From: an uncultured delta proteobacterium
Lineage (GTDB): Bacteria; Desulfobacterota; Syntrophia; Syntrophales; UBA5619
DNA: 64,000 nucleotides
NCBI GenBank assembly: GCA_963817385.1
Contig: CAWFOM010000006.1
Coordinates: forward strand, 224,001 to 288,000
Direction of reading: 5' to 3'
The position numbers and the translations under genes are program-made. A model generated the notes under the pieces. It was not told the DNA's origin. It ran no database searches and saw only the letters and a program-made list of their open reading frames with translations. Below, piece by piece: positions 1 through 9,944 of this stretch (its first letter is position 1; each line of letters opens with the position of its first letter).

Positions 1-313
1 GAAGATGGAAAAACGAATAAAAACGAGGAAAATACTCCGATCTATTTTCTATATCGAGAAAAGCGTCAGAAATCTTTAGAATCCGGGAGTGAAGTTTTGT
101 AAAATTTTTTTACGTGTCAAGAGCTGGGAGGAGAGGGCCCCAACGACCGCCGCGCTCAGCGGCTGATGCCTCGCCGTCCTCCCCGAGCCCGAGGGTAATG
201 GGGGGGCCTTTCATATATCCATGTCACGGATTTTGGAAGTTTGCGGACGTTGAAGCGGCGTGCTGATCATTGCTGCACATCCCATGCGGGCATATGCCTC
301 CGGGAACAACCTG

Positions 314-685
314 TTAGGAGAGTAATTTTCTGAGGGAAAATTGTAGGGCGTATCTCGCCAGGGTCCCTATGTAGTGGGGTGCGCGAGCAAGCCAGGCGCC
401 GACAATAAAGACCAGATAGGAGAGACCATAGGTAGTCGGGCAGCCGATGACGGCGATCATCGGTTCCCCGAACCAGGCTGCCAGAATGCTCAAAGCGGCC
501 ACTGCCGGCCAGCCGATAACATAACTCAACCCCATCAAGATTAATCCGGTGATCAACCGCTTCGTCGGACGCTCCTTAAATTCACGAAGATCCGTTGGAT
601 TCTCAAGTATCTCAACTATATATTTCCTCCCGGCAAGGTATTTAGCAATTTTTCTTCGAATCATAAAACCTATCCTTTGAAACAA
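314..685 (-). CDS. Hypothetical membrane protein (2 predicted TM segments)
   Basis: 123-aa ORF with two long hydrophobic stretches; possible ATG start at 664; no family recognised. Confidence 0.6.
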   Translation of the reverse strand: MFQRIGFMIRRKIAKYLAGRKYIVEILENPTDLREFKERPTKRLITGLILMGLSYVIGWPAVAALSILAAWFGEPMIAVIGCPTTYGLSYLVFIVGAWLARAPHYIGTLARYALQFSLRKLLS

Positions 686-987
686 ACCGGCGGTTCCGAA
701 TCCGGATGCCTTCCACGGTGCACGAGCGATGACATGCGCGGGAGAGCCAAGTATCGGCAGGCAAATGAACCCAGGGGAGAAGTCGATGGATTAAATACAC
801 GAGACCTCCCCTTTCTGCAACGGCTTTTCTGCAACAATGAAGGAAAGGGCCGGTGTTCGATCTTGCTTTTTCCTTCGATTCTTCTATCGATAATACCATG
901 CCTTCAATTTCCAGCCATTTCTTGACAGAGCACAATGCTCATATTATAGGGGTACGGCAAAGAAAAAGGCGCTCGATCGAGGACACC

Positions 988-1704
988 GTGAAGAAACAGA
1001 CTAATGGCTGGGATTTTTTTGATCGCATCTACTGCATCTCCCTGGAAGAGCGTGAGGACCGGCGGCAGGCGGCTGCGGCCTCGTTCTCCAAAGTAGGACT
1101 GACAGGAAAAGTTGAATTCGTCGTTGTCAAACGTCATCCCTTCAATGTCGAACAAGGGATGTATGAATCTCACACAATCTGCCTGCGTAAAGGCTTGGAA
1201 GCCGGTGCAGAAAGAATCGTCGTTTTCGAAGACGACGTCGTTTTTGACCGCTTTGATGCTGAGCGTTTCAAGCAATGCACTCAATTCTTAGTGGAACATC
1301 CGAACTGGAAAGTGTTGCTTTTGGGGGCATTAATACGCTCAAGTCGGAGAACGACTAATCCGTTCGTACAAAAAGTCGGCTATCAGAGCCTTGCGCATGC
1401 GTATGCCGTAAACAGGCCTTACGCCGAGACCGTGGCTTATCAACCCTGGCAGGGGATTATTATCGACACCCTGTTTCGGCCTCTGACTGATCATCTCTAT
1501 GCCGTTTATCCCATGTTTGCGTTTCAAAATGATTTTGCCTCGGACAATGATAAATACCGAGGGCTTGAGCACTTCAGGCGATTATGCGGCGGACTTGAGC
1601 GGATTCAAAAGGTAAATGAATTCTACCAGCGCCATAAATTGGGTATTATTGCCGGCCACATCGTAATTATTCTATCTCTTGGGATCGTTCTCCTCTTCCG
1701 ATGA
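988..1704 (+). CDS. Glycosyltransferase family 25-like protein with C-terminal TM anchor
   Basis: IYCISL..REDRR N-terminus, VVFEDDV motif, AHAYAVN; GTG start after GAGGA SD (ORF open from 853). Confidence 0.75.
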   Translation: MKKQTNGWDFFDRIYCISLEEREDRRQAAAASFSKVGLTGKVEFVVVKRHPFNVEQGMYESHTICLRKGLEAGAERIVVFEDDVVFDRFDAERFKQCTQFLVEHPNWKVLLLGALIRSSRRTTNPFVQKVGYQSLAHAYAVNRPYAETVAYQPWQGIIIDTLFRPLTDHLYAVYPMFAFQNDFASDNDKYRGLEHFRRLCGGLERIQKVNEFYQRHKLGIIAGHIVIILSLGIVLLFR

Positions 1705-2001
1705 GAGTCTGTGTGTACCGAGTGTTTAGACTCCTTTCCCCGAGGGTGCTTCACCGCCGTTCCCGCCGCGGGTAAGAAGCCAAGTTGCTTGGAATAATAT
1801 ACCTTGACTTTGGTGAGAATGGGAGTACGCTCTAACCAACATACTGATTGACGTAGAAAAATTGAATACTTGTCCTTCCCATATAGGGAAGTGAAAAATG
1901 ATCTCCCCGCCCTGTCTCTTACGATGTGACAGGGCTTTTGTTTTTAGACGGCAAGAAATTATGGACGTTGAATACCTGTGGAGCCTGTGAAGGAGGATAA
2001 A

Positions 2002-2313
2002 ATGAATATACATTTGGTTGAACCGTTGAATCATTTTGTGAAGCTGCAAGACAATGTGTGGGAAAGCGGGTCGTGGGGACTCGATGAGAGTCAAGCGAAG
2101 AAATTGGTCGGGGGCGAAATCTATTTTCATAAAAAGCGTCAGGAACCCTCTTTTTATGGAGGGACGATAGTCGGATACAGGGTTCAGCAGGATGGCGAGT
2201 ATCAGGGAAAGATCGTTTTCCAGCTCAAGCATAGCCAGGCATGCAGAAATGTCAGCACGGATAAATCCGGATGGAGCAAGGATATAAAGATCCTCGAGAT
2301 TGACCGGCAATAA
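2002..2313 (+). CDS. Hypothetical protein
   Basis: Strong SD (AAGGAGG) before ATG 2002; globular-looking 103-aa product. Confidence 0.65.
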   Translation: MNIHLVEPLNHFVKLQDNVWESGSWGLDESQAKKLVGGEIYFHKKRQEPSFYGGTIVGYRVQQDGEYQGKIVFQLKHSQACRNVSTDKSGWSKDIKILEIDRQ

Positions 2314-2406
2314 CCGTCAGACTTGATGCTCGAAAAGGCCGCGTTCTCATCCTGACGATTGTCTTCGATAGAAAGAGCAGCTATTGAATCAGGCCGCGAG
2401 CTCATA

Positions 2407-2426
2407 CCCCGCGGAGTGCCGCGGGG
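2407..2426. repeat. REP-like GC hairpin
   Basis: CCCCGCGG-AGTG-CCGCGGGG perfect 8-bp stem. Confidence 0.45.
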
Positions 2427-2668
2427 CAAGCGATGCGGTGTTAACGAGCCAGGCGACCATCTGCGTTGCCAGTATGTGAATGAACCGAACAGCAGCGAGA
2501 AACTGAAAGAATTTGAGAAAATCGAAGGCTACCAACGATATGAATTCGTTGAAAGGGGAGGCTGGGATACAATGCCCGGGCAAAAAGAGGCCAGCAATGG
2601 TGTCGCCAGTGCCAGTGCTGAGGAGCTTGAAGTCCTGATCAAGAAATAAGACAAATCGACGGCTGTGT

Positions 2669-2710
2669 AAAGGTGACTCAGCAAAAGATTTCTGTTGAGT
2701 CACCTTTTTA
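2669..2710 (+). terminator. Rho-independent terminator-like hairpin
   Basis: AAAGGTGACTCA ... TGAGTCACCTTT inverted repeat ending in a T-run. Confidence 0.6.
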
Positions 2711-2794
2711 TTGGCGGGGATCCGAAAAGGAGAACCATCAAAGCACGGTCCGTTCCATGGACCGTTTCACATCGGAGCGGTGGGAGGCAGCATT

Positions 2795-2962
2795 GTGAAG
2801 ACAAAAATATTTACCGGCTATGGCGATGCCATCGTACTTGAAGGTGAATTGAACGAATGGCTGGAGAAGAATCCTTACATTACCATAAAGAACATCAAGC
2901 AGAGCTATGTTTCCAGCGGAGAACAATTATGTACGCTGATGTCCGTATGGTACGATAATTGA
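2795..2962 (+). CDS. Small hypothetical protein (55 aa)
   Basis: GGGAGG SD then GTG; MKTKIF...LEGELNEWLEKNP...IKQS...VWY looks like a compact alpha/beta protein. Confidence 0.55.
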   Translation: MKTKIFTGYGDAIVLEGELNEWLEKNPYITIKNIKQSYVSSGEQLCTLMSVWYDN

Positions 2963-3062
2963 TGGTTTGATGGGACCGGCGGATCAGGGGGGGAGGAAAC
3001 ATTCAACCGTGCCACCCAGTGAACCGATGCTCTTGTTTGTTGAGACCGAGGATAATGCTTGC

Positions 3063-3377
3063 CTATCTCACGATCAGCTTAGTCTTTATGGACTTTACCC
3101 CGTTGACGCCTTTTACGATTTCAACCGCTCTAGTGACTGCATTATGTGAATTAACGAAGCCGCTCAGGAGAACGGTTCCCTGGTAGGTTTCGACAATGAT
3201 CTGAAATGACTTGAGAAAATCATCTTGTGCAAGCAGAGATTTTACCGTGGTTGTGATCACTGAATCGTCAACGTATCCATCGGTACTTTCACGTGTAGGT
3301 GTCGATGCACAGGCGGCAAGGGCGGTGATCAGCGTGAGAATCACGAAACAGTGGATAACGATTTTTCTCTTTCTCAT
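3063..3377 (-). CDS. BON-domain lipoprotein (OsmY-like)
   Basis: Lipobox LAAC; DDSVITTTVKSLL, VETYQGTVLLSGFV, VNGVKSI are BON motifs. Confidence 0.85.
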   Translation of the reverse strand: MRKRKIVIHCFVILTLITALAACASTPTRESTDGYVDDSVITTTVKSLLAQDDFLKSFQIIVETYQGTVLLSGFVNSHNAVTRAVEIVKGVNGVKSIKTKLIVR

Positions 3378-3637
3378 AGCAGTTGCGCCTCTCGGTGAGT
3401 TTGCAGTGAAATGGGAGTTTCTGCACGATGGCGATTTTGCTAAAAAGCCTATAGAATATTAAGGGCTGATGGCAACGAGGATTGACTGTACGTTTGTCGG
3501 TAGGTGTAATCTATCCCCTTTTCTCAAGTAGAGCCAAGGGGTTTTTTTTGATATGAACAGCAAAGACCATGGCCGTATTTCAGTGATATCTCCAACGCGA
3601 TCTTGCCGCGGGGCGAAATTTCTGTTATGGAAGCCGC

Positions 3638-4069
3638 ATGGAACGCATGAGCATCGAAATTGAAGCCCTCATTCCCCACCGCGACCGTATGCGGCTGATC
3701 ACCGAGGTGCTCCGGGTCGACGAAGAGAAAGCGGTGACCTCCGCCACCGCCAAGGACACGTGGCCTCTCTTCGATAGCGGGTCCGTCGATACGCTGGTTA
3801 CGATCGAACTCGTGGCCCAGACGGCGGCCCTCCTGGAGGGGTGGAAACGGCTGCAGTCCGAGCGTGGCGGGGCGACGGGTTGGCTCGTGGGGATCAAGAA
3901 TGCCGAGTTTCGGTGTATGTGCATTCCCGTGAACGCAACCCTGGTTACGGAGGTCCGGAAAAGTTGCGCCCTGGAAGGGTACGCCGTCTTTACCGGAACG
4001 GTAAGCATGGACTCGGAAATAGTGGCCACCATGCGGATCCAGGCATTTCGTCCGGAAGAGGCTGCCTGA
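3638..4069 (+). CDS. Hotdog-fold 3-hydroxyacyl-ACP dehydratase (ApeP-like)
   Basis: LIPHRDRMRLI, IELVAQTAA, GWLVGIK motifs; adjacent to ACP. Confidence 0.75.
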   Translation: MERMSIEIEALIPHRDRMRLITEVLRVDEEKAVTSATAKDTWPLFDSGSVDTLVTIELVAQTAALLEGWKRLQSERGGATGWLVGIKNAEFRCMCIPVNATLVTEVRKSCALEGYAVFTGTVSMDSEIVATMRIQAFRPEEAA

Positions 4070-4150
4070 GAGGTCAAACAGAGGGAATATCCGTAAACGC
4101 GGATTGTTTCCTTGTCGGTAGAGAGAAAATGCTCGGAAGAGAGAGAAAAC

Positions 4151-4408
4151 ATGGATAAGCTCATCGCTGAACTGAAGATCAAGATCATCAATACCCTGTC
4201 TCTTATGGACGTTGTCCCGGAAGATATCGGCGACGATACCCAGCTCGTAGGGGGCGATCTCGGGATCGACTCGATAGACGTTCTGGAACTGGTCCTCATG
4301 TTGGAGAAGGATTACGGCGTGAAGATCGAAAGCAAGGACGTCGGCGTCCAAGCCTTCGCCTCCGTCCGCGCCCTGGCCGAGTTTGTCGAGAAGCATCGCG
4401 TGAAATAG
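4151..4408 (+). CDS. Acyl carrier protein
   Basis: LGIDSIDVLEL phosphopantetheine motif; acidic 85 aa. Confidence 0.92.
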   Translation: MDKLIAELKIKIINTLSLMDVVPEDIGDDTQLVGGDLGIDSIDVLELVLMLEKDYGVKIESKDVGVQAFASVRALAEFVEKHRVK

Positions 4409-4483
4409 CGCCCTCGGTTTTTGTGTAACGTTCGACAAACGGTTCCGAGCCTTTCATGCGCAACTTGCAGGCGGGCAACGTCT

Positions 4484-5980
4484 ATGGAATCACAACGACC
4501 CTATGATGCGCTGATCATCGGCGCAGGGATCGGAGGCCTTTCGGCGGGAATCATCCTTGCCATTCTCGGCCTTCGCGTCGCCGTCATCGAGAAGAATCCC
4601 CTTCCCGGCGGGCTGATGCGCGGCTATCGGCGGGAGGGGATCGACTGCCCCGTTGGAGTGCACTATTTCGGTTCCTTCGGGGAGGGAGAACCGCTCCGGA
4701 GGATCTGCGATTATCTGGGCGTTACCGAGCGAATGGCGGTGGAGCGGATGGGGCAGGGCGGTCCCATCGACCGCTACCTCTTTGATGATTTCACGTTCGA
4801 TTTGCCGGAAGGCCTCGACGCCTTTTCCGCGTCGCTAACGCAGGCCTTTCCCGATGAACGGCAACCCATCGCGCAGATCGTCGAAAACCTCCGCACCACG
4901 GCCGACGCGCAGAACTCCTTTGCCTTTTTTTCCCCGGCGCCTCCCCTTCTCAACGGGAAACTCTTCGCTCCGCTGGATGAATACCTCGCCGAGATGAATT
5001 GTTCTCCGGGACTGCGGAGCGTTCTGGGCGTGGCGGCGCGATGGATGGGGATGTCGGAGAGCGAATGCCCGGCCTTCTACCACCATTTCGCTCTGGCTTC
5101 CTATCTCCTCTCCTCGTGGCGGCTCAGAGGGACAGGATCGGATCTGGCGGAGGCGTTCGTCTCGCGGTTCGAAGAGCTGGGAGGCACCCTCATCTGCGGC
5201 GATGCGGTGACGGCGATTCTCACGTCGGGCGCTGCGATCAGGGGTGTGAGGCTGGCCTCCGGAAGGGTGTTCGACGGGTCCCGGCTCGTAGCCGCCATCC
5301 ATCCCAAGAAGGTTATCGAGATGCTGCCGGAGGGGGCCGTCAAGCACCGCCATGCCCGTCTGGTCGGACAACTCGCCGAGACGGAGGGCTTGTTTGCTCT
5401 GAGCGCCGCGGTGGACGCCGCGACCCATCCGACCCTTCCCTATAACCTCTTCCGGCTGCATACGGACCGGGAGGGGGCGGTTTGCGACGGGGTGTTCTAT
5501 CAACTGCGCGACGGCCGCCCGGGGAAAAATCTTCTCGTGATCATCACGAAGAGCCCCTATCCCGAGTGGAGCCGGTGGAAGGATACGACGACGGGCTCGC
5601 GCGGTGCGGCCTATGCGGAGGCAAAGGCCGGCCTGGCCTGGCGGCTTCTCCGGGACGCCGAGGGGATCTTCGGGTCCCTGGCCGGCGCAAAGATCCTCGA
5701 TGCCTATACGCCGCTGAGCTTGAGAGACTGGACGGGCAGCGAGAATGGCTCCCCCTACGGGATCATGCGATCGATGCGCCAGTTGCCGGCGGTGGCCGCG
5801 TTCTCCCGCCTGGCGCCGGCGGGACTGTACTTCGCCGGTCAGAACGCCCTGTCGCCGGGTGTCCTGGGAACGCTTCTTGGTTCGCTTCAGGTCGCAAGGC
5901 AGGTGCTTGGCCCCGACCGCTTTGCCTCCGAGGTCTTCGAGAGGCTCATGCGAGGCCAGGGAAAGCAGGGCTCGATATGA
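4484..5980 (+). CDS. Phytoene desaturase / retinol-saturase-like FAD oxidoreductase
   Basis: IIGAGIGGL dinucleotide fold, EKNPLPGG, TPLSLRDWTG..GSPYG, GLYFAGQ. Confidence 0.85.
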   Translation: MESQRPYDALIIGAGIGGLSAGIILAILGLRVAVIEKNPLPGGLMRGYRREGIDCPVGVHYFGSFGEGEPLRRICDYLGVTERMAVERMGQGGPIDRYLFDDFTFDLPEGLDAFSASLTQAFPDERQPIAQIVENLRTTADAQNSFAFFSPAPPLLNGKLFAPLDEYLAEMNCSPGLRSVLGVAARWMGMSESECPAFYHHFALASYLLSSWRLRGTGSDLAEAFVSRFEELGGTLICGDAVTAILTSGAAIRGVRLASGRVFDGSRLVAAIHPKKVIEMLPEGAVKHRHARLVGQLAETEGLFALSAAVDAATHPTLPYNLFRLHTDREGAVCDGVFYQLRDGRPGKNLLVIITKSPYPEWSRWKDTTTGSRGAAYAEAKAGLAWRLLRDAEGIFGSLAGAKILDAYTPLSLRDWTGSENGSPYGIMRSMRQLPAVAAFSRLAPAGLYFAGQNALSPGVLGTLLGSLQVARQVLGPDRFASEVFERLMRGQGKQGSI

Positions 5981-6810
5981 ACAATGCCGAAGCCAGTGAC
6001 AACAGGCGAGCCGCGTTTTTCGCCGTGCGAAATCGCGTTTGGGACTTCACCGTCACCGTCATCCTTTGGGCATACTATAGTATGGGGTTTGTCGTGTTCT
6101 TTTCCCCCCGTTACCTGTACGCCCTCGTTTTCTCAGCCCGCCGCGAAGCGGCCTTTCAAGGCTTGAACCACCGGTTCCACCAGCTGTTTTTCGTTCTCCT
6201 GCGAACGCTCGCGCCCAAGGTGAAATGGCGGATAGCGGATGCGGTAAAAGATATCCGATCGTCGGTGATCATCGCCAACCATCTCTCGTTCCTCGATCCC
6301 ATTCTGTTCGTATCGCTCTTTGAAAAACAGAAGACCATCGTTAAGAGCGACTATTTCCGGTTCCCCTTTTTCGGTTGGATTTTGACAACCTCCGGCTATA
6401 TCCCTTCGCTGGCGGAGGGTCTGTTTGCGGCGGACATGGTCGACCAGATAAAAAAGATGCGGGAGTATCTTGCGGCGGGCGGTAATCTGTTCATCTTTCC
6501 CGAGGGGACTCGTTCGCGCGACGGCCGGATAGGCCCGTTCGATCAGGGCGCGTTCAAAATCGCCCGGCTCTGCCGTGCGGCCTCCATCAAGGTAGTGGTC
6601 ATCCGCAATACCGATAAACTCTTTCCCCCGGACAGGTTTTTATTCAATACCCGTAATGAACACATTATCGAAGTCGAACTGGCCGGAAGTCTCGAACCGG
6701 ATTACGAAAGCGAAGCCTTTTCGCTGCCCGCTCTCATGGAGGAGGCGCGATCGATCATGGAAAGAAAAGCGCAACCATCAATGTCGTCCTCATCTCCATG
6801 CCGGATGTGA
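5977..6810 (+). CDS. Lysophospholipid (PlsC-type) acyltransferase, ApeD-like
   Basis: NHLSFLD (HxxxxD) and FPEGTRS motifs; ATGA overlap with upstream gene. Confidence 0.9.
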   Translation: MNNAEASDNRRAAFFAVRNRVWDFTVTVILWAYYSMGFVVFFSPRYLYALVFSARREAAFQGLNHRFHQLFFVLLRTLAPKVKWRIADAVKDIRSSVIIANHLSFLDPILFVSLFEKQKTIVKSDYFRFPFFGWILTTSGYIPSLAEGLFAADMVDQIKKMREYLAAGGNLFIFPEGTRSRDGRIGPFDQGAFKIARLCRAASIKVVVIRNTDKLFPPDRFLFNTRNEHIIEVELAGSLEPDYESEAFSLPALMEEARSIMERKAQPSMSSSSPCRM

Positions 6811-6947
6811 TCCATCGACGGGAACGGGTGAATCGCTTTGCCGATGGGGAATGGTTTGACGGAAAGTAGGGCTTGATATGGACGACGATAACGACTATAA
6901 ACCTCCCGTGGACGGATCATTCGAATACCCTTTGCGATAGGAAACCG

Positions 6948-7226
6948 ATGACACGAGAGCAGATCACCAGTGCAATTCTCGAAATCTTCCGCCGTGAGTT
7001 CGAGATGGAAAATCCCGGCCTCGACGACGACCTGCGCGAGACTGGCGAGTTCGACAGCGTGGATGCCATCGAACTGCTCCTGGAGATCGAGCGGCTCCTG
7101 AAAACCGAGCTGACCCATGAAGAGAAGCAGATGGCCATGGAGATCCGGACGATCAGGCAGATCATCGACTATGTCGAACTCCTGGCGAAGAAGAGGAATG
7201 AACATGGGAATACGCAGGATCGTTAA
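6948..7226 (+). CDS. Acyl carrier protein (second)
   Basis: FDSVDAIELL motif; TIRQIIDYV C-terminal helix. Confidence 0.88.
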   Translation: MTREQITSAILEIFRREFEMENPGLDDDLRETGEFDSVDAIELLLEIERLLKTELTHEEKQMAMEIRTIRQIIDYVELLAKKRNEHGNTQDR

Positions 7227-7265
7227 GAAGGCCGCATCCGCGCGGAAGGAGGCTCAGGGCTGCCC

Positions 7266-8504
7266 ATGACGGGACGAAGGGTCGTCATCACCGCCTGTTC
7301 GGCGATCACGCCGATCGGCCATACGCGCGGGGAGATCGTGGAGAGCCTCCGACGGGGTGTTTCCGGCGTGAAGCCGCTCAGGGAGGACCATCTCCTTACG
7401 AAGTTCATCCACTCGAAGGTCTTCGGGACGGTCGATTACCCGGTCGAGTTCGACTTCAAGCGGGTCCACCGCAAGACGATGGGGCCAGTCGCCTATTACG
7501 CCTGCCAGGTGGCCAAGGAGGTCCTGGAACAGGCGGGTCTTCCCCCTGAATTCGTGATCTCGGGACGCCTGGGGGTGGCCTTCGGCTCCACCCATGGCAG
7601 TCCCTCGGTCCAGCGGGACATCTACAAGACCTTCTTCACCGGCGCCCAAACCGAATTCTCCACTATCGGGGCGGTCGATTATCTCAAGTCTATGGTCCAT
7701 ACGACGGCGGTGAACATCACCAAGATGTTCGGCATCACCGGGCGGGTGATCTCCTCCTCTACGGCCTGCACGACGAGCAGCCAGTCGATCGGCTACGGCT
7801 ACGAGTCGGTGAAGTACGGCATGCAGGACGCGATGCTCTGCGGCGGGGCCGACGAGTACGACACCACGACCGTCGCGGTGTTCGACAATCTGCTGGCCTG
7901 CTCCACCGCCTTCAACGACCGGCCCCAGTGCACCCCGCGGCCCTTCGACCGCAAGCGAGACGGACTGGTGGTGGGGGAGGGGGCGGGAGCGGTGCTTCTC
8001 GAGGAGTACGAGCACGCCAGAAAGCGCGGCGCCGATATCCTGGGGGAGGTGATCGGCTTCGCCTGCAACAACAACGGGGGAGATCTGATACTGCCGAACA
8101 TGGCCGGGATCAGCGAAACCCTCCGTTTCGGGCTTCGGGACGCGGCGCTGAACCCCGACCAGGTCGACTTCGTCAGCGCCCACGCCACGGGGACCAAGAT
8201 GGGGGACGTCATCGAGGCCCAGGCGATCCATGCCGTCTACGGCGCCCATCCCCTGGTGACGGGCCTCAAGGGATACATGGGGCACACCATGGGCTCCTGC
8301 GGCGCCATCGAAACGATCCTCACCCTGTATATGATGCGGGAAGGGTTCATCGCCCCGACGCTGAACCTCGAGGAACCCGACGAGCGGTGCGCCATGATCC
8401 GCCACACCCCGGCCCTGGAAGAGCAGGCGATCGACGTGGCAGGCATCCAGAACTTCGCCTTCGGCGGCGTCAATACGAGCCTCCTGATCCGGCGGTTTAC
8501 CTGA
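7266..8504 (+). CDS. Beta-ketoacyl-ACP synthase (ApeR-like)
   Basis: Catalytic triad STAC / HATGT / GHTMG; HTTAVNI..FGITGRVI resembles aryl-polyene ApeR-type KS. Confidence 0.9.
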   Translation: MTGRRVVITACSAITPIGHTRGEIVESLRRGVSGVKPLREDHLLTKFIHSKVFGTVDYPVEFDFKRVHRKTMGPVAYYACQVAKEVLEQAGLPPEFVISGRLGVAFGSTHGSPSVQRDIYKTFFTGAQTEFSTIGAVDYLKSMVHTTAVNITKMFGITGRVISSSTACTTSSQSIGYGYESVKYGMQDAMLCGGADEYDTTTVAVFDNLLACSTAFNDRPQCTPRPFDRKRDGLVVGEGAGAVLLEEYEHARKRGADILGEVIGFACNNNGGDLILPNMAGISETLRFGLRDAALNPDQVDFVSAHATGTKMGDVIEAQAIHAVYGAHPLVTGLKGYMGHTMGSCGAIETILTLYMMREGFIAPTLNLEEPDERCAMIRHTPALEEQAIDVAGIQNFAFGGVNTSLLIRRFT

Positions 8505-8684
8505 GCCCCATGGCGCCCCGTTCCCGGAACCTCGAATCCCCCGCCGGCGGCGCCGCTCTCTTCCCGTCGCGGGCCTTGTTCTCCCCGCGATCCGCGTTCT
8601 CCCGCCGGAGCGGGGGCCTGATCGGATATGGGAATCACGGCGGCCGGGATGCCTGCCGTCGGCTGTTTTGGGGGAGCTGAAGTC

Positions 8685-9944
8685 ATGGGTGTGGACGGTC
8701 GGGAAGATCGCGTCGTGGTAACCGGGATGGGTACCGTCAACGCCCTGGCCGGCGATACCGGCAGATTCGCCGCAGCGTTGCGCCGGGGCGACTGCGGCAT
8801 CGGGCCGATTTCCCTGTTCGATACGGCAGAATTCCGCACCCACAACGGGGCCCAGGTAAAGGATTTCAATCCCCGCACCGCGATTCCTTCTCGATTTTCC
8901 CTGAAGCGGATGTCCCGATCCGACCTCTTTGCCCTGGCGTCCGCCCTGCAAGCACTGAAGCAGGCGGGGCTTGATCCGATTCCCGGTGATCTGCGCAAGG
9001 AGATGGGCGTCGTCATCGGCGGCGGAGCGGGAGGCCTCCTGGAGGCGGAGGCGTTTTTTGCCGACTACCTCAGGCGGGGCGGGCGAAGCGCCCGGTTTTC
9101 CCGCCTCGCCCCGGTCTGCTGCGCCTCCACGGCCAACCACCTGACGACGAAATTCGACCTCTGGGGTCCGAAGACGACCCTCATGACGGCCTGCTCTTCG
9201 GGGGCGACGGCCATCGGCCTGGGAAGGGACCTGATCCGGACGGGCGCCGCGCGGGCGATGATCGTGGGCGGAACGGAGCCCCTCTGCCGCCTGACGTTTG
9301 CATCTTTTAATGCGCTCCAGGCTGTGGACCCCGGATACTGTCGTCCCTTTTCCGGGGACCGCGCGGGCCTCACCCTCGGGGAGGCGGCGGGGATCCTCAT
9401 CCTCGAATCGCAGATGAGCGCCCGCGAGAGGGGGGCGCAGATCCTGGGGGAGGTCCTGGGCTACGGCGTGACCTGCGACGCGCACCACATGACAGCGCCG
9501 GACGTCGGCGCCTCCGGGGCGGCCCGGGCGATGCGGGCGGCACTCGCCGATGCGGGCCTGGCGCCGGAGGAGGTGGATTACATCAACGCCCACGGCACGG
9601 CGACGCCGCTCAACGATCTGATGGAGACGAGGGCGATCAAAGAGGTATTCGGCCCCCACGCCCGGAGGATTCCCGTCAGCTCGACGAAATCGATGCATGG
9701 CCATACCCTGGGGGCGTCGGGGGCGCTGGAGGCGGTTGTCGCACTTCTGGCCATCACGGAGGGGTTCATCCCTCCGACGATTCATCACGAGACGCCGGAT
9801 CCGGAGTGCGACCTCGATTATGTTACGACGGGCGCCCGACCGGACGCGCCGGAGATCGTTCTCTCCAACTCGTTTGCGTTCGGCGGGAACAATACGACGG
9901 TGATTTTCGGCCGCTATCGGGATGCGAGGGGGCGGCGTGGATAG
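8685..9944 (+). CDS. Beta-ketoacyl-ACP synthase (FabF/ApeO-like)
   Basis: TACSSG / HGTAT / GHTLG triad; LCRLTFASFNAL..CRPF; NSFAFGG. Confidence 0.9.
   Translation: MGVDGREDRVVVTGMGTVNALAGDTGRFAAALRRGDCGIGPISLFDTAEFRTHNGAQVKDFNPRTAIPSRFSLKRMSRSDLFALASALQALKQAGLDPIPGDLRKEMGVVIGGGAGGLLEAEAFFADYLRRGGRSARFSRLAPVCCASTANHLTTKFDLWGPKTTLMTACSSGATAIGLGRDLIRTGAARAMIVGGTEPLCRLTFASFNALQAVDPGYCRPFSGDRAGLTLGEAAGILILESQMSARERGAQILGEVLGYGVTCDAHHMTAPDVGASGAARAMRAALADAGLAPEEVDYINAHGTATPLNDLMETRAIKEVFGPHARRIPVSSTKSMHGHTLGASGALEAVVALLAITEGFIPPTIHHETPDPECDLDYVTTGARPDAPEIVLSNSFAFGGNNTTVIFGRYRDARGRRG

Noticed and set aside
133..212. GC-rich imperfect inverted repeat (GGCCCCC...GGGGGCC)
   Set aside because: Single copy, no recognisable RNA family, and context is cut by the window edge
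2359..2649. 96-aa ORF before the terminator
   Set aside because: No clear start or SD, crosses a REP-like hairpin; at best a 3' gene remnant
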